NCBI GenBank assembly: GCA_973895155.1
Contig: OZ316897.1
Span: forward strand, 3,504,211 to 3,568,210
Reading direction: 5' to 3'
Length of the DNA stretch: 64,000 nt
DNA from: Marsupella aquatica
Taxonomy: Eukaryota > Plantae > Marchantiophyta
Part shown: positions 26,709 to 38,294 of the stretch, piece after piece
Numbering within the stretch: the stretch's first letter is position 1
Layout: each line of letters starts with the position of its first letter
The notes under the pieces: generated by a model
Databases searched by the model: none
Told to the model about the DNA's origin: nothing
What the model saw: only the letters and a program-made list of their open reading frames with translations
Made by a program: the position numbers and the translations under genes

Positions 26709-28244
26709 CCTCCCGGAGATTCTTTGCTTAATCAACCCCTGGGAAACTTTTTTGCCCCAATCAGCCCCCTCTTTATGATTAATACCCTTTGTTCTTGTGT
26801 AAATTCTTATAAAGTGAATTTTCAGCCTTACAAAGACCAAACTAGGTGACACTGCACTGTATCCATTCACCCTCAAACTATGCAGTGACCGGGCAAAAAT
26901 CACAGTCACCGTGCAACGATCGAAGAACAACGTTACCATGTGCAACTAAACTGCAGGCGTTTGCACGTTTGCGCTGCCTGTATCTATGCAAATACATTGA
27001 CATGAATGTCTTCACCTTGTAAATAGATTTCCACGTGTTTTTTATATCCTTCCATTATGTCTTTTGTCCACGCTCAAAGGTTAACAACTTTACGCAACTT
27101 TTATGAGGACTGGTGCATGGCGTACGGACCTGCCACCAGTGTTGGCTTGGGTGAGCAAAATAATCTCTTGCTGGAAGAAATGCTAAGTGTGGTGATAATA
27201 CAATCATGTCCAAATGTCTTTTGAAATCACAATTGTTGGCCACTTACTCCTGCATGAATGGGTTGGGCGAGCAACATACACTCTCGATAGAAAAAATGCT
27301 AAGTGTGATGAAAACACAATGTTCACAATGTCTTCTAGCACTGTTTGGGTATTAGAAAACTCTCAAACCCCAACCCTGAAATACTTGTCAATTTCTTGCA
27401 ATGTACATCCTTCCAGTTTGCAATGTTAATTAGTGAGCGATCAATTTGTGAACGATGTGGTGTTACGGGGTCTCACAAATTTTGAGACTACCTCCAAACT
27501 AGAGGTTTGTTCTATATTCAATTTGCATCTAATAATAGATACTGGTCCCCCATGAACATTTCACTGGCTGGTTTTGTAATGTAAGATCTGGTTATTACTT
27601 AATCCATGGTTGTTTCCGTTTCATTTGATTGTCTTATTACTTTATAGCCATGGTTCTTGCTAAGTGCATTCATATAAACCATGACTGAATCATGATCGGA
27701 CATTACCAGTTAAATTATAGAAACTCTCCTTATGAAGGGCTATTTAGGGTTTAGGGTCCAAGGGTTAGGGTGTTAGGTCTTGATGGTGGTAGGTCCATGT
27801 GCAGTGTGCCTCATGAAAGCTGCATAAAGTTGTTACCGCTCGAGCGTGGACAAAAGACGGAATGGGAGGATATCAAAGAAATTTGGAAATCTGTTCACAA
27901 CGTGAAGACATTCATGTCAATGTATTTGGATAAGATAACCCTAATGTCCATAGAAGCGGCACGAACGTGAAAAATGCATGCAATTCAGTTCTTGCACATG
28001 GTAATAGTTGTTGTTCAATTTTTGCACGGTTGAGTGCACGGTCACTGTGATTTTTGCCTGGTCATTGCGTAGTTTGTGGTTGAATGGGTACAATGAAGTG
28101 TCACCAAGTTTGGTCTTTGTAAGGCTGAAAACTCACTTTATATTAAGAACTTACAAAAGAATGAAGGGTATGGATCATAAAGAGGGGGCTGATTGGGGCA
28201 AAAAAGTTTCCAGGGGGTTGATTAAGCAAAGTATCTCCAGGAGG
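26709..28244. repeat. Long inverted repeat: arms 26709-27138 and 27784-28244, ~645-bp spacer
   Basis: Arms give near-identical translations on opposite strands (CTVTVIFA.SL.SL..NGY..VSPSLVFVRLK.HF....HKEGADWGKKVS.GLIKQ.IS). Confidence 0.9.
27743..27777 (+). repeat. Short interstitial telomere-like repeats (TTTAGGG/TTAGGG)
   Basis: TTTAGGGTTTAGGGTCCAAGGGTTAGGGTGTTAGG. Confidence 0.55.
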
Positions 28245-31200
28245 AATTGAAGGATTTTCTTGAAGGAGGAGATGAATGGCTACTGTGAAATGGATTGAAC
28301 CCAGGTACCAGTGTGAGAGAATTTGTAGGAACATCAAAGGGTTTAGCAGTTGCTGTGGAGTGCAGAGCTTGAGAATGAGATGCATTGCAGGAGTGAATTG
28401 GAGTCAGGGCTATGGAGTTTTATGGAGCCTCTCTTGAGATAGAAAGAAGCGAGTAGGGAAGCAAGGAATCAAAGCCAAGGAGAATCGTGGATGGGCTCTG
28501 GAGGGTTTTTTGTGATGAATCTGGGGAGGAGCATTGCAGAAGATAAAGCTTGGCAGAGCTAAAGAAGCTATCAGGGATTGAAAAGTGATGGGAAGAGGGG
28601 ATTCCCAGCTCGAGTTTGATGCACAAATGGAGCTTGAGCTATGAAGGATTCCATACTGCTGAATTCAGAAGGACTCTTTGTAGAGTTGCATGGGAACTTG
28701 TTTGCTGTGGACTGAATGTGTGGAGTTGCTGGTGTGGACGGTATGTACGGAGGAATGTTTTTCGGAGATTAAGCTGACTGGGTTGAAATGTGAAACGGAA
28801 GATGGAATCAATCAATTAAAGGATATTGGAACCTTATGAAGAGCCACAACATTAAGCTTGGGATAGGATCTAAAAGCAAGTTGAATGAAGCAAGAAGAAC
28901 TGTGCCGGGAGACTGCAACAGAACAGAAAGAGAGAAAAGAAAGTTGTCAGCCACTAAGGGAAAATTGTTCCTAACTTAACCTGAAGAAAAGAAGTAAGAT
29001 GCGCAGACTGAAGTGACTCAGAGGGGAGAAAGAAAAGAATATAAAGGATGAGGGTTTTCAAGTTCAATCTTATGAAAGTTGACTACGCCGAAGAGAAATG
29101 TGGTTCTTACATGCCCGCTTCCATGACCCAAAGGAAGCCGAGTATGACAGAAGGCCATGATGTTCAAACTAGTAGGTTTGCTTGTAGGGGACGAAGTAAG
29201 TGGTATGAAGGCAAGTTGAAGGAGAGTTTAGAGGCATACGCTGGAGAGAATTGAGATCTGAAATTCCCTGAGATAGGAAAAACTATTTATTTCTTTGAGT
29301 TGGAAGTTACATTTGGAGTTTTCTTAGGGAGTACGGTGAATAGGATGACCGAAAGATAAAACTTTTTCTTATGGGATTGGGATGAAGAAATTAGAAGGCA
29401 GAAGGTGCAAGAAGGGGAAGCTCAAGGGAAAACAAAAAGTTGTGAAAATTGGTAATGAAAGAAAAGCTGTGAGGCTGGGTTGACGGAGTGCACCAATGCC
29501 TGGGAGAGACCATTGGTGATTAGAGCCGACCCCTGAACTATGACTGAGATGACTTGACCTGACCTGAGCCTGAGTTCAGAAACCTTGAGTTGATGGCTGA
29601 ACTGTAAAATGATGTAATCCAAGAACCTTTAGTGAATAAAGCCTAATTTTGAAAAAGTTTTAAGTTGTAAAACAAAAGCTGATTTTGAGGATGAAAGTTT
29701 AAAAAGAAAGTGATTGAACTTATGAGGGAAGAGTGAGGAAACACAAGATTTTAAATGTTCAAATACAATGAAGTTTGCTTTCCAAAAAGTTAAACTTGCA
29801 TAAGAAATGTTAGGGAAAGTTGAAAAGTAAAGTTAACTATGGGAATACAAAAACAAAATGGGCTACTTTAGTTAAACATCCTGCTATTCAGAAAGCGTTG
29901 CTCCTGTTAATAAGAGGGGTTCAGCTAATTTTGCTATAGCGGAGCCAGCAAAGGTTATAACTTGTGATAGTGTTATTGCAGAATTCTATTTTTCAGGGAG
30001 GGTTGTTTTTGTTACAAGGAGCACTTCAATAATTTTGGCACTAAGGAGCTATTGGAAATCCTGTCAGAGAGCAATGCTTTTATTACAAGGAGTGGATCTA
30101 CCAGAGATTTGAAATACACTCATAAAGTTTGAACTTTGAATGTAGCCCATCCAATTCATTGACTTTTAGGCTTACAATCTCCTTACCGCAACAGAAATGC
30201 AGGTTTACCAGGTCTGTCATTTGGAGCTGGATTCTCTCATGATTAGGTGTAAAGTGATCAAATCTACTTGTCAGAGTCCAGGGCGATGACCACAGCTAAA
30301 GTGTACATAAATAAAGTGTTGGTCCATCCTGGCTTCAACTTCATATTCTACTCCTATATTCCAAATTTGGATAAATATATTACTAAATTGGCCTGACTAT
30401 TTCAACTGCACCCTACTGAGGCCAAAGAGTTTCTTGAGTCCTTGTTGGAAAGAGTAAAGGACAAGGTGATAACTGATGAATTTGGAAGAGATGGCAAAGT
30501 ATATTTATAGGCGAGGCTCATAAGTGGCTACAAGCGTAGCTCTGACTACATATGATCTGTGATTCTGTGAGGACAAGACATCATGGTTGGATGCCAAGTG
30601 TACATCATAGCACTCATATATGACAAACAGAAACACCAAACTTAACAGTCCAGGGTCCCTTTTTCACTCCTCGGCCTGATATGAATATAGTAGCATCCTG
30701 TTAGTAAGGCATTGTGCCCCACAACTCCCCAAGATTGGCACTTTAGCTTAAGTTTTGAGGGGTTACTATTGCTGATACTGCCATCACAATAGTACCTTAA
30801 TGCACTTAAATAATGAGGAGATTTTTAATTCATCTGGAATTTGTCCCCCACGTTTCCATGTGTTTAAATTCCAATGTTGAATTGTTTTTGGTAAAGATAG
30901 AGGAGAACTTGACTGCACATTATTCTCCATAAAGCATCCAAAAATTACAACGAGTTCAATTTTTAATTTTTTTGTTAAAGCAAAGATAGAGGAGAAGTTT
31001 CATGATTCCTAGTCTGGACTGTGCATTATTCTCTATAAAGCATCCAAAAATTACTAAGAGAAAAATCACAAAGCGGGTTATGAACAGGCAAAATACTTTT
31101 TAAATTCAGCCGTAAGATCCATTGGAGTGGAGGTAGATCTTGAGCTGCACGCAAGAATGCAGGTTGCTCACGCAAGAATACAGGTCACAAAGAAGTTAAA

Positions 31201-31692
31201 ATATGAGTCAAAGAGCAATGGCACGGACTCACCTGTCTTATCCGCCCAAAGTGGAGCCCTCATGAGCTCACAGGCTGCTCTAGTGAGATACTGCAAATGA
31301 GTGAGTATGGTCGATACGGAGGCAACATCTAAAAAGGAAAGTTGGAAGTGTTTGGTTCACAGCTCCCGAGATGAGCACTCGGGAGAACTCAACGCGCAAA
31401 GCGTGTAGCGAGAGCGACTGTAGCCATGGCCGCCGTCACAGGCCAGGTAATTTGCAGGTTGGAAGCGTGAAATACTGAAATGTGAAGGATTGCTTTCAGG
31501 CTTTCGATATGTCTGCGTCCTGACGGGGGCGAAGTCCCTCAATTTAATGTTCCCTTTGAAACTTTCCGTGCTCTTGGGAGAGTATTTACAACACAGATTT
31601 GAATACGGGAATTATGTTTATGATAATCAATGTTTAGTCGAGTCTTACGGGTCTCGGTAACTAGACATCAAAATATGATATATACTATGTAA

Positions 31693-31875
31693 GATACCCC
31701 TGCATACCATGATAACCCTAGTTTTTTCTTTTCAATCAATGAATGCATGTACGATACCTCTGCATACCATGCTAACCTTAGTTTTTTCTTTTCAATCAAT
31801 GAATGCATGTACGATACCCCTCCATACCATGATAAGTTGATAACCCTAGTTTTTTCTTTTCAATCAATGAATGCA
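31693..31875 (+). repeat. ~60-bp tandem repeat x3
   Basis: GATACCCCTGCATACCATGATAACCCTAGTTTTTTCTTTTCAATCAATGAATGCA units. Confidence 0.9.
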
Positions 31876-32856
31876 GTCACATTTTGATTACCAGCTTCCT
31901 TGTCCAAACAGGAAAGGATCATGGGGAAATTTTTTGCAATAATCATATGTGTTTCAGACTAACAGTAATAGTGCATGCACCAGGTAATATTAGGGTAAAA
32001 CTGATTCTGTTTGTGAAACTCAATGAAAATAGTTAAACTGCCACTAGCCCCAATGCAAAACCTGGTGTATCCAGGTTACTAAAATAGGGCCAAAATGTTC
32101 TCAAGAAAGTATAACATTCCACCCTTTTGCCTTCCCTGAACCTGATGGCTGATGGCGGTTTAAGGAAGACACATTTCAAAAACAACCAGTCTACAATAGG
32201 CCCCCTCAAAGTAGGGGGTGGCCGGGAACAGTCTTCATCCCATAACTCTTGAAGTGATAGGACTAAGTTACGGCCACAACTTGCGAAGGGGTTCAGCATT
32301 GACCCAAACCGTCAGGCACAACTTACGGGTTAAAGCCCGTTCAAAGTTGAGCGCCCTTTCTTTCCCTCTCACTGAACAGACCGTCAGGTGGCTTGTGGAG
32401 ATGCCACGTCCACCCCGCGTCCACCAGATTTTGAGAGCGTATGCCTTGAATCCATCCAATGCTCTCTACTCCTCATCCCAAACAGTAAGGAGTTCAAATC
32501 AAAATTTGAAAGGGATTTGAACTCCTGTGTCATATATACTTCCTGAAACCCACAAGCTAGCACTTCACAATTGAAGAAATTTATGTCTACATTGTTGTGC
32601 GTCCCAAGATAAGCAGAGCACACATTCAGTTCAGAATTCATCAAGGACCACAATGACTTCAGACAGCCATGTTGCTCCAACATATCAGGGCATAAACAGT
32701 TGTGTTCTCCCTGTGTGCATTTGTATCATGAGCAAGAGTGATCACTAGCACATAATGCAATAGCGCAACAAGCATAGGACTTGACAAAAGGAAATTATAC
32801 TCCATCATGGAATTGCAACCCAAAATGACATTGGCAAGAAAACAACATACAGGGAT

Positions 32857-32986
32857 GAACTGGGGCCATTCAGGTGTGGTTATTTTCTGGTGAAGCTGGC
32901 CCCACTCTCAATTTAGGTTTATCGAGCTTAATTATAGACAAAACTAATTTGGAGATAAGACCAATCTGCCTGAATGGCCCCAATTC
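32857..32986. mobile_element. Small MITE-like element with 18-bp inverted termini
   Basis: GAACTGGGGCCATTCAGG ... CCTGAATGGCCCCAATTC (1 mismatch). Confidence 0.5.
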
Positions 32987-33368
32987 TTGTAAAGCCAAGC
33001 CAACTAGCCGGTTTCATTCATCATATGGTCCAGATTTAATCTTAGAATAAATAAAATGAAACAATGGGGTCCCACGTCTTTGTAAAGCATACCCTTAACT
33101 CCTTGTTACTTGGGGGTATTCTGGGCATTCCTTGTCCATCCAAATTTGGGCTCAAGCCCTCGTTTTGGTTGCCCACTATAGAAGTAATTATTCGTCACAA
33201 ACAACGAGCAAGGTATCGCAAAACAGTCATGATCATCTTCTTTGTTTTCTCCGTGACTCTGTCAAATTCGATCCTGACTCTATGGTTAAATGTGATTCTT
33301 TCCCTTGTGGCATCGAGAGTCAATACTCGATTGTCGTACAATGGCGCTTCCTTTTGTCCTTGCGTGCA

Positions 33369-33481
33369 TGCTTCTCGGGAGAACTGGTCCAGATCTTCCT
33401 GCACTAGTCCTTTTAGACGAGAAGGGTGCTTCTCGGGAGAACTGGTCCGGATCTTCCTGCACTAGTCCTTTCAGACGAGAA
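33369..33481 (+). repeat. ~58-bp tandem duplication
   Basis: TGCTTCTCGGGAGAACTGGTCC.GATCTTCCTGCACTAGTCCTTT.AGACGAGAA x2. Confidence 0.9.
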
Positions 33482-34791
33482 CGGTTAGTGTGATTTAGCC
33501 TTCTAGTGTGTAGGCCCACATGGGGGCGCTCTATCTGTGTTTCTTTGTGACGAATGAACTGAAGCGGAAATACTGTGTGGATTGCATCAATGCCGTTTTG
33601 ATTAGAGTAGTGTATTTGGACTTGTTCCAGTTGCAACGTGAGGTCTCATGTGCGGCTGGTCCTCGGCGTGCATCACTTTCCCTGACAGCACAACTCCTCG
33701 TGTAATACACTGATTCTGTCTTCGCGGCGTGGACTGTACATGATTGTGGCTGCGGGGAACAAGGTCTTCCGAGCAGTGCGGTCTGTGGCAGGTCGAAAAC
33801 AGTTCATGAAGTTATGATTGATTTCGCTTTACGTTCAGCATGGTTCAAAACAATATACACAAACAATTCATGGAGGACCTCATAAGAATGATGTGTGCGA
33901 CTTCTCGGAAACTGTGGCAGGAGGTAACATGTGACCGCAAAAGCTACCGCAGTGGACTTGCTTGAAGTATCGTTAACGAACAAAATTAGTAGACGGTAAT
34001 AGCGAGTGTGAAGTGGACGGACAACGGTTCGAAAACGTGGGCTCGAGGCGGCGTCTTGGGGAGATGAGTGAACGGGGAGTGACCAGGTAGTGCAATTTGT
34101 ATTCCGAAAGATGACCGAAATTGTCGGAACATGCTTTCTAGAAATCTGAAATGCCTATTCTTTCACTGCAGCTACAGTCTGACTAATACTGATGACAGGT
34201 TGCTGGAAGGAAGGCTGCATCATTCCATCACTCCATCACAGAGGATCATCCGTGATGGTGGGGCAGTGGGTGCCGGGTGTTGGCTCGACCGCGTGTTGTG
34301 GGGTAGGATGTTGTGAGAAGTGATGTGAATTGTGTTTTTATTATTCTATCTTTGGCCGGTGCTTCCGGTCATTCCCTGGCACCACAGCTCGGGCCTCGGA
34401 GGAGTCTCGAGAAGAACCGAGACCCACCCTTCCTGACGAGAAGATCATTGATTTTTTTCCGTCACTCGCCTCCAAACTGATTAGTTGTTAGTTTAGACCT
34501 CTTCCTTATGATTTTTCCCTACAGCCTCAGCATGATCGCACGACATGTGATGTATCATCATCGGAACGGATGATGGAGAAGAGAGCTAGCGGGGTCACAC
34601 GATAAGAGACGCTCTGTCGCAGGAAGAAGCATCGATCCAAGATTGAGGTCGAATTAGATTGCTGGTGTTGAGCTTCGATGGACAACATACGTGATGAGTT
34701 TATGGACCTTGAGGGATGAATAGGTAGGACCTGCCGAGCGATGGATTGGGTTGACGCGGAGAATTGATGAATAGGCTGCACGACGAGCGGC

Positions 34792-36546
34792 ATGACGACG
34801 ATGAAATGCTACGACAAAGTGTGCGGGACAAGGTCGCCGCTGGCGACTTCGGCAATAAAAATATTCTGCTTCGTACTAGTTGGTTTGCTGTTCGTCCCAT
34901 GGCTATGCGAGGATTCAGAAATGTTGCACCGATTGATGGACTCTTACGTCACCCCGAAAGATGTTGCTCTCCTCCCTGAACACACAGAATTAATAAATGG
35001 ATTCGGATCTGCACCAACACCAGCAGCAGATGGACCGATATCGATGCTCATCCGCGACATTAGAGACGCGGTTAAAGTAGCATCAGGAGAATCGGATGTT
35101 AGTTTTAGTGATGAGGATAGGGAGGCCTGGGAGGAAAGATTCCCGTGCAGGAGCCGAGTGGAGCTAGAGAGGTACTACGAGAAGCGAAAGCATGTTCCAT
35201 ATGTGCCGTTGAGCAAACAGTGGCAAGAGGTGTTGGGAGAATACGCGATCTTGCACAGGGTTTGTACGCAAAGGGTCGGGAACCTGACCGATTACTTCAT
35301 GTCTAGAAACGAGAGCGTAGGCTGTAAGTTTTTAATCGCTGAGGCTCATTACGGACTGGGGAATAAGGTTATGCACATATCGTCGTTGGTCATGTACGCA
35401 GTCCTCACGCAACGGGTGATACTCATTCCCAAGTCCACCTCCGTGCCACAAATCATGTGCGAACCGTTCGCGGGATCCTCCTGGTCGATGGATGACGATC
35501 TCCATCATTTTATCAAGACTTATCGGCAGACGTCAAATCAGCTGTACACTGCTATCGATGACGAAATGTCTGGGAATGGATCCATGAACATACACGCGTC
35601 TAACGGTGGAGGCGTCTGGGGACCGGGACTCAGGTTCTGGTGCAACACAGAACAAACGATGTTTGAAAGAGTGACGTGGCTTACACTCGACGGATGTTTG
35701 CACTTTCTTCCGAAGCTCTTCGGCATTGCAAAATTCCGGCCTATTTTGGAGGATATCTTCCCGAAGAGGATTGTGCTCACTCACGTCCTGAGGACTGTCA
35801 TGCTGCCCGCAGATCCCGTTTGGGAGCGAGTCGTTAACGTGACGAGTGGTCACGTTGATGACGCCGAGAAGCAAGTGGGCGTGCAAGTACGCTTTCTCAA
35901 AGGCGAGAGCCAATATAGAAGGGATAATTATCCCGTCAATGAACACATCACTCGATGCCTGTTTGAGGAGGGTTTCCTCCCAGAAGTGTGTCCGGAAAAC
36001 GCCACAGTAGTTGCAGCAGATGGCAGATTGGTGAATTGCTCATCATCTGCGATTAATACTGGTCCGCCGCCACCGGTGACGAAGGTCCTCATCGCATCTC
36101 TCTTCCTCGGCTTCCATGACTTCCTTCAGAACATCTATCACGGCCAGGCGACCGTCGATAGGGAAACTGTCGCCGTTGTGCAGCTCACGCACGAGAAGAC
36201 GCAAGGCGCTGGAGTCGACGTCGATAGTCAAGCCCTGGTCGAGATGATTGCGCTTAGTTTTTCGGACGTGTTACTAGTCACTCCCTTCTCTACTTTCGGG
36301 GGATTAGCGCAAGGTTATGGAACTCTGGTCCCGTACTTCATCCAGTACAACGTCACGGAGAATGTTCCTTGTCAGCGCGGTTTGACGACGGAGCCTTGCT
36401 ATTTAGGCGCGATACCGTTCTTCGATTGTCGCTACGACTCCCCGAAGCAAAGCAACGTCGTGGATGTCGTTCCCTTTTTGCAGGACTGCTTGCCTATTGA
36501 TGTTGGAAAAGGCATGTACGGGATGCTGATGATGAACGAGGAGTAG
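34792..36546 (+). CDS. FUT: GT37 alpha-1,2-fucosyltransferase (xyloglucan/AGP FUT family), type II membrane protein, intronless CDS
   Basis: N-terminal TM segment (IFCFVLVGLLFVPWL); GLGNK...YAVLTQRVILI, CEPF.GSSW, VGVQVR, ALVEM.ALSFSDVLLVTPFSTFG.LAQG, PCQR....EPC match the plant XG_FTase family. Confidence 0.92.
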   Translation: MTTMKCYDKVCGTRSPLATSAIKIFCFVLVGLLFVPWLCEDSEMLHRLMDSYVTPKDVALLPEHTELINGFGSAPTPAADGPISMLIRDIRDAVKVASGESDVSFSDEDREAWEERFPCRSRVELERYYEKRKHVPYVPLSKQWQEVLGEYAILHRVCTQRVGNLTDYFMSRNESVGCKFLIAEAHYGLGNKVMHISSLVMYAVLTQRVILIPKSTSVPQIMCEPFAGSSWSMDDDLHHFIKTYRQTSNQLYTAIDDEMSGNGSMNIHASNGGGVWGPGLRFWCNTEQTMFERVTWLTLDGCLHFLPKLFGIAKFRPILEDIFPKRIVLTHVLRTVMLPADPVWERVVNVTSGHVDDAEKQVGVQVRFLKGESQYRRDNYPVNEHITRCLFEEGFLPEVCPENATVVAADGRLVNCSSSAINTGPPPPVTKVLIASLFLGFHDFLQNIYHGQATVDRETVAVVQLTHEKTQGAGVDVDSQALVEMIALSFSDVLLVTPFSTFGGLAQGYGTLVPYFIQYNVTENVPCQRGLTTEPCYLGAIPFFDCRYDSPKQSNVVDVVPFLQDCLPIDVGKGMYGMLMMNEE

Positions 36547-37927
36547 GCAGCAATCAGGATTGGTTGATTGCTCATTATGGATGATACCGGTAGCTTTAGA
36601 CTTGAATCCAACCATTCTTTTACTCTGTAGGCGAGGCTGTTGGTGGACTACTGGTTACCAAATTTGAGAGATCTACTCCTTCATAGGCTTGACGAGGCAT
36701 TAGATAGACTTTGGCTAGGCTTAACCTGTGAATACATCTAAGTCAACGAACCTGGAGATATGTAATTGACGAGCCCGTCGCTCAGTTTTCTCCTCTCCAG
36801 AGTTCTTTCCTTCTAGGAATTCTTACGAGTCTATAGTTTTATAGATCTATACAGGTCTGCAGATTACAAATTGAATTATTCTTTCAGTCACTTCGTAGCA
36901 CGGTAATCTCAGCATTACAACTGATGGTCACGAGTTCTGACGGTGATATGATCACAAGTAGATCTAAATCGAGCTTGGTGCGCCTTGGAGGGACGATGCC
37001 CCTCGGATGTCACAGGAGCCTGGGATCTTCAAGACGTCGATTTGTGGTTTACCTGGGACCACTTCAATGCGCAGATTTGTGCTCGATGGAGACAGAGGTG
37101 ACTCAGTAAGTGAAATAATTCGGTCATCCTCGAAGAGGCTTGGCTGATTTCCAAAGAGGGTGGCGCAGACGATTCGGACGCCACCTAGCTTTTATACTCA
37201 ATATGTAGTTTCTAGGGTTACGGTAGTCTTAATGGCGCGCAAAAGCAGTTATTCCGGAGGGACCTTGAATCGCCATGATTTGAAAGGTATCGTCTCAATC
37301 ACAATTATATAGTGACCCCAGTTTATTGAGATTCATAATTTCATACCAAAGCCAAGAATTCTTGGTGCATCTAATGTGAGTACGTTCTCTAGCGTTGAAT
37401 CAGGTCCATTAATTCCGAAGCTCTACAGTAACAAATTTGGCGCAAAATCAGTCGTTGCTGAGTGCTTAACTCAGCTCCAAAGTAACTTACGCATGTTTCA
37501 GCATCGCATGCTTGTGAGTTTTCACTTTTCGTGGTTAGCGAACGAACGGACTAAGTTGTCTGTTTGTGGAGGTTGTGAACATTTGTGGTGGAATGTCAAA
37601 AAAGCTGGTTCACAGAAAACACGGAATAAATGTGCTTGCTGGTCGCACGGGTCAATTGTCAGCTTTTTCAGTGTGTCAGGAAATGGGCGGAGTTTTGTTG
37701 ACGAGATCTTTCCTAGTATGCCCTTGCCTTTCCTGGTATTCCCTAATGACGAGACGCTATTGTTGACTGTCGTCGATAGCCTTGCCGCAATGTTTCGAGT
37801 CCAGTTGTTGCTGTGTTTGTACAAGTAAGAAAGCATTGTTAGCAGGTTCCATGTCAATTCTAATCTGGGTTCCAATTTCCAGACGACAGAGTGAGAGAGT
37901 CAGTGATGAGATCTTCCTATCCGGCGT

Positions 37928-38139
37928 GGTGAAAGATGGACCAATTCAACCTTTCCTTCACACTAAGTTCGACCAGAGTTTGAAAGAGAGTCGTTACCTT
38001 CTTGGCGCCGGCAATGTGTTAACGCTCCATGAAGAATGAGCTTCAAAGTGGAAAGTGAGTCTACCGGTGTTGGCTTTGACAGAGACCTCGCATGCGTTTA
38101 TTTGAATTGGTCCATCTTTCACCTCGCGAGGTCTCTGTC
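37928..38139. repeat. Interleaved inverted repeats (22 bp perfect; 14 bp perfect)
   Basis: 37928-37949 pairs with 38102-38123; 38078-38091 pairs with 38126-38139. Confidence 0.85.
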
Positions 38140-38294
38140 TCTTTTTCTTTCTGTCAGGCTCCAGTTTGGGACTTTGGGGCATAGGTTGCACAGTGTTTGC
38201 ACTTTGCAGAGGCGCTGATCTGTCCCGTCCAACAATCTCACGACAAGGAGGGGACATGAGGAGCCACCAATGCAACTTCCCTTCAGGAGAGTTA

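Noticed and set aside
28250-29700. Purine-rich decayed retroelement-like sequence
   Set aside because: No diagnostic motif or terminus recognised
30180-31520. Possible minus-strand spliced gene (AG/GT-flanked exon at ~31234-31291)
   Set aside because: No coherent protein could be assembled; may be non-coding
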